From sequence record NC_011042.1: a stretch of DNA of 39,252 nt. One strand, 5' to 3'. The translations under genes were made by a program, and so were the position numbers. The stretch comes from Escherichia phage EcoDS1. This document shows, piece by piece, positions 8,027 to 18,248 of this stretch (the stretch's first letter is position 1; every line of letters starts with the position of its first letter). Under the pieces are notes generated by a model that was not told where the DNA came from, searched no databases, and saw only the letters and a list, made by a program, of their open reading frames with translations.

Positions 8027-8370
8027 TGAGTGATTATGACCACACCTGCGATGATTGTGGTAAATTATGGTGTAGGGGTGAGTGCCGTAAGGGGATAAAA
8101 GAGACCACACAAGAACCTGTTAACGAGATTGAAGGTGTTCGCACCCCAAGTCACTACATGCTGTTTGAGGACGTTGAGTCCATTCAGGTTATTGCTCGCA
8201 CTATGACAGTAGCTGAGTTCAAAGGCTTCTGCTTAGGGAACGTCCTGAAGTATCGACTCCGAGCTGGTAAGAAGTCTGAGCTTGCGACAATCGAGAAGGA
8301 CTTGGCTAAGGCTGACTTCTATAAGGAACTATTTGCTAAACATAAAGGAGAGTGTCGTGCAGCCGAGTAA
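8026..8370 (+). CDS. gp1.7-like protein (nucleotide kinase family), short form
   Basis: 114 aa; PSHYMLFEDVESIQVIARTMTVAEFKGFCLGNVLKYRLRAGKKSELA..DLAKADFYKELF matches the C-terminal half of T7 gp1.7; the N-terminus is a short Cys-rich segment. Confidence 0.8.
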   Translation: MSDYDHTCDDCGKLWCRGECRKGIKETTQEPVNEIEGVRTPSHYMLFEDVESIQVIARTMTVAEFKGFCLGNVLKYRLRAGKKSELATIEKDLAKADFYKELFAKHKGECRAAE

Positions 8371-8448
8371 GTGGTGTGAAATGATGTTCGAGAAGACGGG
8401 TAACACTGACTACCTTGAACTATATAACCAATGGAAAGGGAGAGGACT

Positions 8449-8568
8449 ATGAACCAAGACCAGATTAACTTTGTGTGTCAGCTTATTAAGGAGTTCGTTG
8501 ACTTCACTGATTTATCCGAAGATGAACTTGTTAAGCTGGAAGAGATTCTAGACAAGGAGATTTTATGA
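8449..8568 (+). CDS. Small acidic protein (39 aa), gene 1.8 position
   Basis: GGAGAGG RBS; stop overlaps the gene 2 start (ATGA). Confidence 0.4.
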   Translation: MNQDQINFVCQLIKEFVDFTDLSEDELVKLEEILDKEIL

Positions 8569-8723
8569 GCGACGTCGAGAAGAAATACATCGTGGAGCTT
8601 GAGGGTCGAGTTAAGTCCTTCGAGGTTCCGGTGTACGCAAAGTCTCTTGAAGAGGCTACCCTGAAGTCCCAAGAGTATGAGGACGCTGGGTTTGTGGTCG
8701 GACGGATTCGTCCTGAGACCTAA
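8565..8723 (+). CDS. gp2-like inhibitor of host RNA polymerase
   Basis: 52 aa; SFEVPVYA and [10 protein letters not shown] resemble T7 Gp2; below the ORF-track cutoff. Confidence 0.7.
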   Translation: MSDVEKKYIVELEGRVKSFEVPVYAKSLEEATLKSQEYEDAGFVVGRIRPET

Positions 8724-8741
8724 ACTATCACTGTAGGACAG
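8719..8741 (+). promoter_or_regulatory. Phage-RNAP promoter (phi2.5-like), variant
   Basis: CCTAAACTATCACTGTAGGACAG: one substitution (A to G at -3) relative to the consensus. Confidence 0.6.
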
Positions 8742-8781
8742 ACGTCCAGTTCGTAACTTTTAAATTAGGAGATTTACACCG

Positions 8782-9480
8782 ATGGCTAAAGAGCAACTGA
8801 AGACTTTCACCACTCCGGTAGCTGGTATCGTTGAGCCCTACGCATGGCTGAACAAAGCAGACACCAAGTTTAACGAGCGTGGTGAGCATAAGGTTAACCT
8901 GACTTTCAGTCTGGATGACCCGAAAGTCCGTAAGATGATTGATGTCTTACAGAAGATTCACGACGATGCGTATGCGAAAGCACTCACAGACCACGAGAAG
9001 AACCCGCCTCAGGTTCAGCGTGGCAAGAAGCCTATTGAACCGCGTGAAGGCGACATGCCGTGGATTGAGAATGGTGATGGTACTGTTACCCTTAAGTTTA
9101 AATGCTTTGCGTCTTACCTTAAAGACGGCAAGTCCGAGCCTATCGTATTACGGTTCTACGACACCGATGCTAAACTCATCCGTGACGTACCGAATATTGG
9201 CGCTGGCTCCAAACTTAAGGTCAAGTTTAAAGTCCTGCCGTTTAAGTGGAACGCTGCGACTGGTGCAAGCGTTAAGCTACAGCTTGAGTCCTGCCTTCTG
9301 GTAGAACTGAAGGAGTGGAAAGGTGATGGTGCTGGTGGTGATGGTGGCTGGGGTGATGATGAAGACATCGGTACTGGCTACAAAGCGTCAACTGATGGTG
9401 ACTTCGGGTCTGACGACTTCGGTGACGATGGTTCCGAAGGTGGTGACGACTCCAGCTCTGGTGGCGATTACGATTTCTAA
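8782..9480 (+). CDS. Single-stranded DNA-binding protein (gp2.5)
   Basis: 232 aa; GASVKLQLES..LVEL and an acidic C-terminal tail ending in DF, as in T7 gp2.5. Confidence 0.95.
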   Translation: MAKEQLKTFTTPVAGIVEPYAWLNKADTKFNERGEHKVNLTFSLDDPKVRKMIDVLQKIHDDAYAKALTDHEKNPPQVQRGKKPIEPREGDMPWIENGDGTVTLKFKCFASYLKDGKSEPIVLRFYDTDAKLIRDVPNIGAGSKLKVKFKVLPFKWNAATGASVKLQLESCLLVELKEWKGDGAGGDGGWGDDEDIGTGYKASTDGDFGSDDFGDDGSEGGDDSSSGGDYDF

Positions 9481-9935
9481 TGGCCCAATGGTCTGCAAAA
9501 CGGGGGCACTCTGTGGGTGCCTACCGCTCTGGACTTGAAGCCAAGAACCAGCAGTGGCTGGAACAGAACGGCGTCAAAGCGGAGTACGAAAGCCATTATA
9601 TCAACTATGTGATTCCGGCTTCCGACCACAAGTATACACCAGACTTTATCCTTCCTAACGGTATCATCGTGGAGACAAAAGGTATCTTCGATAGTGATGA
9701 CCGTAAGAAGCACCTTCTGGTACGAGAACAGTACCCAGAGTTAGACATCCGGTTCGTGTTCTCAAGTTCCCGCTCCAAGCTATACAAAGGGTCTCCGACC
9801 ACGTATGGCGCATGGTGCGAAAAGAACGGCTATAAGTATGCCGATAAGTTCATCCCGGTTGAGTGGCTCCGAGAGGCGACTGTACGTCTGCCTTCAGGTA
9901 TACTCATTCCCAAGAAGAAAGGAGTTAAGAAATGA
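9480..9935 (+). CDS. Endonuclease I (gp3), Holliday-junction resolvase
   Basis: 151 aa; YVIPASDHKYTPDF, VETKG, DDRKKHLLVREQYPELDIRFVFSSSRSKLYKGSPTTYG match T7 gp3. Confidence 0.95.
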   Translation: MAQWSAKRGHSVGAYRSGLEAKNQQWLEQNGVKAEYESHYINYVIPASDHKYTPDFILPNGIIVETKGIFDSDDRKKHLLVREQYPELDIRFVFSSSRSKLYKGSPTTYGAWCEKNGYKYADKFIPVEWLREATVRLPSGILIPKKKGVKK

Positions 9936-10423
9936 GCAAGAAGTTTAAACTGTCAGTAGCTACGTGTGGCTGGCCTCGTGGGACTATCGTTACCAAGTGT
10001 GAGAAGGATCCTAGCCCCCGTCCGGGCATGACCCTAGTTGAGTGCCATACTCCAGGCATCTACAAACACGGGTCTAACGGCCACAATACTCAGCCTGATG
10101 GTATGTGGGGAGCATGGGTCTCTGCTTATGACCTTGAGGAAATCAAGCCGGAAGAGAAACTCACTGGTGTACAGACCACTCAAGTCCTACCAGCTTCGAG
10201 CGTACCTCCCGTGACAGTGAAACGCGAAGTCCTGACAATCGATAAGATTGGCGTTGGTCAGACGTTCATCGTCCACGGTAAGCCTGACGAAGTTTACGTT
10301 AAGATTAGCAACTCTCACGTCTTCAACCATAAGCGTCTCCAGATGCATACCACGGACGCACAACGCTTCACCCAGCACCTGAATCTGGTGGTCGTAGAAT
10401 TGGTGGTGTACAATGGTAAGTAA
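9932..10423 (+). CDS. Hypothetical protein (163 aa) between endonuclease I and lysozyme
   Basis: ORF track; start and stop both overlap neighbouring genes; no T7 counterpart at this position; several Cys in the N-terminal 40 aa. Confidence 0.65.
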   Translation: MSKKFKLSVATCGWPRGTIVTKCEKDPSPRPGMTLVECHTPGIYKHGSNGHNTQPDGMWGAWVSAYDLEEIKPEEKLTGVQTTQVLPASSVPPVTVKREVLTIDKIGVGQTFIVHGKPDEVYVKISNSHVFNHKRLQMHTTDAQRFTQHLNLVVVELVVYNGK

Positions 10424-10871
10424 GGTACAGTTCAACCCACGGTCCCGGACTGACGCTATCTTCGTTCACTGTTCGGCTACCAAGCCAGAGATGGACATCG
10501 GGGTAGAGACCATCCGTATGTGGCATAAGCAACAAGGCTGGCTGGACGTAGGCTACCACTTTATCATCAAGCGCGATGGTACTGTGGAAGAGGGGCGCCC
10601 GGTCAATGTCGTAGGGTCACACGTTAAGGACTGGAACTCCAAGTCCGTAGGCGTCTGCCTTGTAGGTGGAATTGACGCTAAGGGCAAGTTTGAAGCTAAC
10701 TTCACTCCGGCCCAGATGAACTCACTACGCAACAAGCTGGCTGACCTGAAGGCCATGTACCCTCAGGCAGAAATAAAAGCACACCATGACGTCGCACCAA
10801 AGGCGTGTCCAAGTTTCGACTTACAACGCTGGCTGGCTACCAATGAGCTGGTCACTTCCGACCACGGTTAA
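10413..10871 (+). CDS. Lysozyme / N-acetylmuramoyl-L-alanine amidase (gp3.5)
   Basis: 152 aa; DAIFVHCSATKP, GWLDVGYHFIIKRDGTVEEGR, VCLVGGID, HHDVAPKACPSFDL match T7 lysozyme. Confidence 0.95.
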   Translation: MVSKVQFNPRSRTDAIFVHCSATKPEMDIGVETIRMWHKQQGWLDVGYHFIIKRDGTVEEGRPVNVVGSHVKDWNSKSVGVCLVGGIDAKGKFEANFTPAQMNSLRNKLADLKAMYPQAEIKAHHDVAPKACPSFDLQRWLATNELVTSDHG

Positions 10872-10894
10872 TAAACTCCAAGGAGAGCAACTCA

Positions 10895-11111
10895 ATGATT
10901 AAATTTATCGAATTTCTTGGTCGTCTGGTGGTGCGTGGTTATCGTCGTGCTGCGACTATGGAACGAAAGGTAGCACGAGAAGACTGCTGACGGTGCAGCG
11001 GATGCTGCTGCTCTGGCTGACAAGCTGACCATCGCGTCACTGGAAGCTGGTATGAAGGCACGTCAGGCTGACACCAAAGCCGACCAGCTGTCTCAGTTCT
11101 TCAAAGCCTAA
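10895..11111 (+). pseudogene. Possible frameshifted remnant ORF
   Basis: ATG at 10895 with AGGAGAG RBS gives 31 aa to TGA at 10988; an overlapping open frame continues to TAA at 11109..11111 but contains no ATG until near its end. Confidence 0.25.
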
Positions 11112-11130
11112 ACTATCACCTTAGGGATGG
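11108..11130 (+). promoter_or_regulatory. Phage-promoter-like element upstream of gene 4, divergent
   Basis: CTAAACTATCACCTTAGGGATGG: two mismatches in the CACTATA core. Confidence 0.4.
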
Positions 11131-11176
11131 GACCGTGAGTCCTGTCCCTCTGTTCGCATTTGTGATTAAGGAGTGA

Positions 11177-12868
<1,692 letters not shown>

Positions 12869-12879
12869 GGAGGAGTACA

Positions 12880-13044
12880 TTGCTAAGAAAACTTAAAGCT
12901 CGATACCATCGGTTCATGTACAAATGGTGGAGCGATGAAGCAACCTGCCTGTCGAACATTCTGGGAGACCAGCGGTTCAACTCTAAGGCATGGAAGAAAG
13001 CTAACCGTAAGTTTATGTACCACTTCTTGCGTACAGACTTATAG
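12880..13044 (+). CDS. Small basic protein (gene 4.x position)
   Basis: Open frame from 12841 (GTG); AAGGAGG at 12867..12873 favours the in-frame TTG at 12880, with an ATG at 12916 as alternative; Lys/Arg-rich. Confidence 0.4.
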   Translation: MLRKLKARYHRFMYKWWSDEATCLSNILGDQRFNSKAWKKANRKFMYHFLRTDL

Positions 13045-13054
13045 GTCTAAACTC

Positions 13055-13079
13055 AAGGTCATTCACATAGAGTGGCCTT
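13055..13079 (+). other. RNase III-type processing hairpin (R4.7-like)
   Basis: AAGGUCAUUC/GAGUGGCCUU stem, 5-nt loop; paralogue of 6062 and 35950. Confidence 0.5.
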
Positions 13080-13107
13080 TATGATTAGACTAAACGGAGG
13101 ATTAACC

Positions 13108-15279
13108 ATGTTTGACCTTAAGAGTATCTGGGGTTCTGACATCGAGACCAACGGTCTCCTTGATACAGTCTCCCAGTTTCACTGTGGGGTCCTGATTAAC
13201 GCCGAGTCGAATGAGACCCTTAAGTATGGGGTAGCTCCGATGGTCGGTATCGTCGGTGGCTTCAAAGAGTATGTTCATAAAGTGGAAGAGATTGCCGCAT
13301 CGCCTGATGGTATGCTGGTATTCCACAACGGTATCAACTATGACGTCCCGGCTATAGACAAGCTGAAGCGTCTGTACTTTGGGAAACGTTTTAACTTCCC
13401 GAAACACAAGATGATTGATACCTTGGTGCTGGGACGCTTGATGTATCCAAACATTAAGTTCTCAGACATGGGCGCAGTGAAAGCTGGTCGTCTGCCACCT
13501 CAGATGATGGGACGACAGTCTCTTGAGGCTTGGGGCTATCGTCTCGGTGAGATGAAAGGTGAATACAAACACGATTACGTTGCCAAATGCAAGGCTGAAG
13601 GTATCGAATATAAGGCTGGGGACGAATGGTTGTTCCCGTCTCAGGAGATGCTGGACTATAACGTTCAGGACGTTGTGGTCACACTGGCGTTGTTCAAGAA
13701 GTTCCTGACTGACAAGTATTACTTCCAGTCTGAACAGTTCGCTTTCGAGCAGATTTATGCGTTGCGTCTGGAACATGATGCTGCGTGGACCTGTGCGAAG
13801 ATGGAGCGTAACGGCTATCCGATGAACACCGAGATGGTAGAAGGCTTATATCGTGAACTCACTGTCAAACGTGCGGAGTTGCTGGACAAGCTGCGCTCGA
13901 CTTTCGGTAGCTGGTACGCACCAAAGGGAGGCAAGGAGTTCTTCAGGCATCCACGGACAGGTAAGGACCTTCCGAAGTATCCGAGGGTCGTGTATCCTAA
14001 GGTTGGTGGCATCTTTAAGAAGCCTAAGAACAAAGCCCAACGCTTAGGTCTTGAACCTTGTGAACGCGATACGCGAGACACGATGGAAGGAGCACCATTC
14101 ACGCCAATCACTTACGTTGAGTTTAATCCGGGAAGCGGAGACCACTTAGCGAAAGTCCTGATGGAGCGTGGCTGGGAGCCTGTGGACTTCACTGACACTG
14201 GGAAACCTGTAGTCGATGACGAGACGTTAGAACACGTTAAGTTACCAGACGCAGAGGCTCAGGATTGCGTAGAGCTGGTCCGTGAGTATCTGGTAGTCCA
14301 GAAGCGCATCGGACAGGCTGCTGAAGGTAAGAACGCATGGTTGAAACTTGTAGGTCCAGACGGGCGTATGCACGGTTCAATCAACCCTTGTGGAGCAGTA
14401 ACCGGACGTGCGACCCATAGTTCACCAAACATGGCTCAGGTCCCGGCTAATGGTGCTCCGTATGGTGAGACTTGCCGTGGTGCTTTCGGTGCAGCATGGA
14501 ACAAGAAGGATGGTAAGCCAGACCCTTGGATTCAAGTAGGTGTGGATGCTTCAGGTCTTGAGCTTCGTTGTCTAGGGAACCGAGCGGCTCCGTTTGATGG
14601 TGGTGAATACGCCAAGACTGTGGTCGAAGGTGACATCCACTGGGCCAACGCTGTCAACGCTGGGTTAGCACCTAACGTCAAGCGCGATAAGTCGAACCAC
14701 GAGCATGAGGCTTTCCGTAACAACGCTAAGACGTTCATCTATGCGTTCCTGTATGGTGCAGGGGCAGCTAAGATTGGACTGATAGTCGGCGGTGGCAAGA
14801 AGGAAGGTGCGGCCTTGATGAAGAAATTCATTGAGGGTACACCAGCCATCAAGGACCTCAGGGAAGCTGTGAGTAATACGTTAATCTCAGACTCTAAGTG
14901 GGTGGACGGAGAGAACATCGTTAAATGGAAACGCCGTTGGTTGCGTGGACTCGATGGTCGACGTATACACATCCGGTCTCCACACTCAGCACTGAACGCG
15001 TTACTTCAGGGCGATGGTGCGGTAGTTTGTAAGCACTGGATTGTCGAGACAGAACGTATGCTAGAAGAGGCCGGGTATATCCACGGCTGGGAAGGAGACT
15101 TCGCGTACATGGCATGGGTTCACGACGAATTACAGATTGCGTGTCGTACTCAGGAGATTGCCGAAGAAGTCGTCAAGATTGCTCAACTTGCTATGCGTAA
15201 GGTGGGTGAGTTCTATAACTTTAAATGTGTCCTTGATACCGAAGGTAAGATTGGACCAACGTGGAAGGAGTGTCACTAA
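13108..15279 (+). CDS. DNA polymerase (gp5)
   Basis: About 723 aa from the ATG at 13108 (GGAGG RBS; the ORF-track start at 13072 is an in-frame GTG); DIE exonuclease motif, YNVQDVVVT, PKYPRVVYPKVGGIFKKPKNKAQR, AKTFIYAFLYGAG, VHDE match T7 gp5. Confidence 0.97.
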   Translation: MFDLKSIWGSDIETNGLLDTVSQFHCGVLINAESNETLKYGVAPMVGIVGGFKEYVHKVEEIAASPDGMLVFHNGINYDVPAIDKLKRLYFGKRFNFPKHKMIDTLVLGRLMYPNIKFSDMGAVKAGRLPPQMMGRQSLEAWGYRLGEMKGEYKHDYVAKCKAEGIEYKAGDEWLFPSQEMLDYNVQDVVVTLALFKKFLTDKYYFQSEQFAFEQIYALRLEHDAAWTCAKMERNGYPMNTEMVEGLYRELTVKRAELLDKLRSTFGSWYAPKGGKEFFRHPRTGKDLPKYPRVVYPKVGGIFKKPKNKAQRLGLEPCERDTRDTMEGAPFTPITYVEFNPGSGDHLAKVLMERGWEPVDFTDTGKPVVDDETLEHVKLPDAEAQDCVELVREYLVVQKRIGQAAEGKNAWLKLVGPDGRMHGSINPCGAVTGRATHSSPNMAQVPANGAPYGETCRGAFGAAWNKKDGKPDPWIQVGVDASGLELRCLGNRAAPFDGGEYAKTVVEGDIHWANAVNAGLAPNVKRDKSNHEHEAFRNNAKTFIYAFLYGAGAAKIGLIVGGGKKEGAALMKKFIEGTPAIKDLREAVSNTLISDSKWVDGENIVKWKRRWLRGLDGRRIHIRSPHSALNALLQGDGAVVCKHWIVETERMLEEAGYIHGWEGDFAYMAWVHDELQIACRTQEIAEEVVKIAQLAMRKVGEFYNFKCVLDTEGKIGPTWKECH

Positions 15280-15578
15280 TGGCTATGACCAAACGCGCTA
15301 TCGTAAGTTTCAACCTTAAGGCTGTACTTCCTACAGACCAAGAGGAAATCATCATTGAGGGCCTGCGAGAGTTGGCTAAGGGCGTCCACTCAGGTGAAAT
15401 CAAGCCTGACGGTAAGCAGCGCCATATGTTGACCCTGTGGCTGACAGAAGGTATGGACGCAGTGATTGAGTTTGTTCTTCGTGACAGCTTCCGTTCAATG
15501 GTTAAAGAGGCTGTACAGGAGTATTCAGACACAGAGTTCTTCAGTGTCTCACCAGCTACTGTGAGGTTCAAGCAATGA
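15279..15578 (+). CDS. gp5.5-like protein (H-NS-binding family in T7)
   Basis: 99 aa from the ATG overlapping the gene 5 stop; MAMTK..VSF N-terminus and SPATVR near the C-terminus as in T7 gp5.5. Confidence 0.75.
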   Translation: MAMTKRAIVSFNLKAVLPTDQEEIIIEGLRELAKGVHSGEIKPDGKQRHMLTLWLTEGMDAVIEFVLRDSFRSMVKEAVQEYSDTEFFSVSPATVRFKQ

Positions 15579-15784
15579 GTGAATACTTACGGGTCCTAGC
15601 GGCCCTTAAGTCCTGCCCGAAGACCTTTCAGTCAAACTATGTGCGCAACAACGCTGCACTTGTGGCTGAGGCTGCGAGTCGTGGACATCTAAGCTGCCTG
15701 TCTATGGATGGGCGTAACAACGGTGCGTGGGAGATTACCGCTGCTGGCACCAAGTTCCTGAACCAACACGGAGGCTGTCTATGA
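15575..15784 (+). CDS. gp5.7-like protein
   Basis: 69 aa; KSCPKTFQSNYVRNNAALVAEAASRGH matches T7 gp5.7 as I recall it; positional support. Confidence 0.75.
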   Translation: MSEYLRVLAALKSCPKTFQSNYVRNNAALVAEAASRGHLSCLSMDGRNNGAWEITAAGTKFLNQHGGCL

Positions 15785-15999
15785 GTCAAGACGTATCAGG
15801 TCGCGAACTTAAGGTAGGACAGAAGGTTGCTTTCTGTCTGGCTGGCAAATCATACGCAATGTGTATAGGCGAAGTCGTCCGGGTAATGCCTAAGACGGTA
15901 GCCATCAAGCATAAGACATTTATTCGCTGGAAGGGAGCTGCCGAGGAAGTCGAGACGGTACGTGCATTCTCTTCAGTGTGTATCGTTGAGGAGGCGTAA
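15781..15999 (+). CDS. Hypothetical protein (72 aa) at the gene 5.9 position
   Basis: ATGA coupling to gp5.7; no resemblance to the T7 gp5.9 RecBCD inhibitor; the ORF-track entry from 15727 is an upstream in-frame extension. Confidence 0.55.
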   Translation: MSQDVSGRELKVGQKVAFCLAGKSYAMCIGEVVRVMPKTVAIKHKTFIRWKGAAEEVETVRAFSSVCIVEEA

Positions 16000-16865
16000 T
16001 GTCTGACAAGAAGATAGCTCTGGTTCTGGATGGTGACTATCTGGTATTCTCTTCTATGGCTGCGGCTGAGGATGAGACCGATTGGGGCGATGATATTTAT
16101 ACTCTGATTTGTGACCACGCCAAGGCTCGTCGTATCCTTGAGAACACCATTGCTGAAATCGTTAAGAAGCGAAAGGCGTGGAAAGACGCTAAGATTGTTA
16201 TGTGCTTCACCGATGACGTGAACTGGCGCAAGTCAATACTACCGACCTATAAGGCCAACCGTAAAGGTTCTCGCAAGCCTGTAGGATACAAGAAGTTCGT
16301 AGCCGAAGTGATGGCTGACCCACGGTTCAACAGCTTCCTACGTCCTACGCTTGAGGGTGATGACTGTATGGGTATCATCGGGACCAGACCTCAGATTGTT
16401 GGCTGTGACCATGCGGTGCTGGTATCCTGCGATAAGGACTTCAAGACCATCCCGAACTGTGAGTTCTTCTGGTTAACCACTGGTGAAATCCTGAGCCATA
16501 CGACTGCTGAGGCAGACTACTGGCACATGGAGCAAACCATCAAGGGTGACAGTACAGATGGCTACGGTGGCATTCCGGGGATGGGTGAGGATACCACTCG
16601 TGCGTTCCTTGATGAGCCGTACTACTTCGTGCAGGAGAGCCGTGAGCTTAAGACTGGTAAGAACAAAGGCCAGATTAAGACTGAGTGGAAGAAGTATCCT
16701 AAGCGTGAAGACATGACGATTTGGGACTGTATGGTGACTCTGGCTGCTAAAGCTGGGATGACCGAGGAGGAACTTCTGGTCCAAGCTCAAGTCGCTCGTA
16801 TTTGTCGAGCCTCTGACTATGACCCTAAGTCCAAGGAGGTCATCCTGTGGACACCATCCATGTAA
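15999..16865 (+). CDS. 5'-3' exonuclease (gp6)
   Basis: 288 aa; CDHAKARRILE, FTDDVNWRK, YKANRK, KPVGY, SCDKDFKTIPNCEFFW, TIKGDSTDGYGGIPG, GKNKGQ, WDCMVTLAAKAGMTEEEL match T7 gp6. Confidence 0.95.
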   Translation: MSDKKIALVLDGDYLVFSSMAAAEDETDWGDDIYTLICDHAKARRILENTIAEIVKKRKAWKDAKIVMCFTDDVNWRKSILPTYKANRKGSRKPVGYKKFVAEVMADPRFNSFLRPTLEGDDCMGIIGTRPQIVGCDHAVLVSCDKDFKTIPNCEFFWLTTGEILSHTTAEADYWHMEQTIKGDSTDGYGGIPGMGEDTTRAFLDEPYYFVQESRELKTGKNKGQIKTEWKKYPKREDMTIWDCMVTLAAKAGMTEEELLVQAQVARICRASDYDPKSKEVILWTPSM

Positions 16866-16991
16866 TTTACTGGGCCGGACTTCTGGCCCTTTACTGCATG
16901 TACAAGTGGTTCGGGTCGAACAACCGCCCTAAACACTGAGTCTAACCGATAGTCATATCCTATCAATCCAACAGTCATCCATAGGTGAAAC

Positions 16992-17014
16992 ACTAAACTA
17001 TCACTATAGGGACT
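16992..17014 (+). promoter_or_regulatory. Phage-RNAP promoter (phi6.5-like)
   Basis: CACTAAACTATCACTATAGGGACT; +1 G at 17009. Confidence 0.8.
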
Positions 17015-17075
17015 TTAGGACCTAAGATATGACTATAAGATAGACTTTAGTCTTAACTTAAAGAGGAGATTCAAG

Positions 17076-17348
17076 ATGGCTATTAATGCTATTGAAAACG
17101 TTGTTAAGCAGTTACAGGAAGAAAGACTCGATGTCCCGAACATCTCACAGTCTGCCATCCAGTTCCTGCACGTACTGTTCAACGCCAGCTACGCTGAGAA
17201 GATGGGAGCTATCAGTCTCCTCAAGCAGCAAGGCTACAGCGATGCGTTCATTGCAGGGTTCATCAAGGGTCTCCAGTATTGTTCTGACACTCTCGACTCT
17301 GCGATTGCCATGCGTCGTGAGCTGAAAGATACCGTTCAGTTCGATTAA
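17076..17348 (+). CDS. Hypothetical protein (90 aa), gene 6.5 position
   Basis: ORF track; GAGGAG RBS; positional assignment only. Confidence 0.65.
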   Translation: MAINAIENVVKQLQEERLDVPNISQSAIQFLHVLFNASYAEKMGAISLLKQQGYSDAFIAGFIKGLQYCSDTLDSAIAMRRELKDTVQFD

Positions 17349-17362
17349 CTGTAGGAGGGACT

Positions 17363-17587
17363 ATGTGTTTCAGTCCAAAGATTAGCACTTCGAAGCCTTC
17401 GGTCCAAGCGCCTGAACCAGCACCTCTGAGTGAGGAAGTTGCGTCAGTTGACATCGGGGCTGAATCGGATGTGGACACAAACGAGACCAAAGGTATCAAA
17501 GACCTTAAGGTTAAGAAGGAGTCTGCACCTAAAGATAAATCGTCAGTGAGTCGCGCTATGCGAGCCTCTGGCGTAAACATGGGGTAA
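17363..17587 (+). CDS. gp6.7-like virion protein
   Basis: 74 aa; MCFSPKI N-terminus and EPAPL segment as in T7 gp6.7. Confidence 0.8.
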   Translation: MCFSPKISTSKPSVQAPEPAPLSEEVASVDIGAESDVDTNETKGIKDLKVKKESAPKDKSSVSRAMRASGVNMG

Positions 17588-17591
17588 GACA

Positions 17592-17996
17592 ATGCTACCA
17601 TATCTCAACTCACGCGAAGGTCGCCACATGTGCGCCTGCCGCCTCTGGGAAGACGGGCAGTCTAACTTCAAGTCATTCGAGGACTTCAAGGCTCATACTT
17701 ACCGTATGGCTGACGAGTTCGAGGGTGAAGAGTACACAATCTACGATGTCTCAGGTCAACCAGTAGCGTATCTCTACATGCTGGCTACCGCATCTTGGCA
17801 CCGACCGACTCCCGGTCTTGATCTTTCAATCGTCGCTATTCGTCGTGACTCGCAGTCCTCCCGCAAGGTTCTTGAGACTGTCAGGCACATCATAGACGAA
17901 GAGTGCAAGCGTTGGGGTCTTGGCTGGTATTCTCGTGTCAAGCATGTTTCCGGGTCGGTAGACATCGTAACAACTAAGGAGATTAACCGTGGGTAA
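17592..17996 (+). CDS. gp7-like protein (134 aa)
   Basis: ORF track; size and position match T7 gene 7. Confidence 0.7.
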   Translation: MLPYLNSREGRHMCACRLWEDGQSNFKSFEDFKAHTYRMADEFEGEEYTIYDVSGQPVAYLYMLATASWHRPTPGLDLSIVAIRRDSQSSRKVLETVRHIIDEECKRWGLGWYSRVKHVSGSVDIVTTKEINRG

Positions 17997-18237
17997 ATCA
18001 ATCAGTAAGGCTTTCAAGAAAGTGGTGAACAGTGCGTTAGGGACCGTTGGTCTTGGCTCTAACGACGCGCCTAAGGTTGTTGAGGCTCAGACCCCAGCAT
18101 CACCAGTGGAAGTACCGAACGACAAAGTGGAGGATGTGGATACTGAAGCAACCGCATCTGACGAGAAGAAAGTGAAGCGTTCCGGTAAGCGTAGCCTTCA
18201 GGTCTCTCGCACCTCTGGTGGCGGTATTTCTATTTAA
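17989..18237 (+). CDS. gp7.3-like tail-associated protein
   Basis: 82 aa; GTG start after an AAGGAG RBS; MGK N-terminus and SGKRSLQVSRTSGGGISI C-terminus resemble T7 gp7.3. Confidence 0.75.
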   Translation: MGKSISKAFKKVVNSALGTVGLGSNDAPKVVEAQTPASPVEVPNDKVEDVDTEATASDEKKVKRSGKRSLQVSRTSGGGISI

Positions 18238-18248
18238 GGAGGTGACTA

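Noticed and set aside
8939-9304. 121-aa + strand ORF overlapping the SSB gene in another frame
   Set aside because: Nested in gp2.5 with no RBS; Arg/Ser-rich sequence typical of an off-frame reading.
16872-16889. GGGCC..GGCCC hairpin just after the exonuclease gene as a possible terminator
   Set aside because: Only 5 bp of stem and no convincing U-tract; T7 has no terminator at this position.
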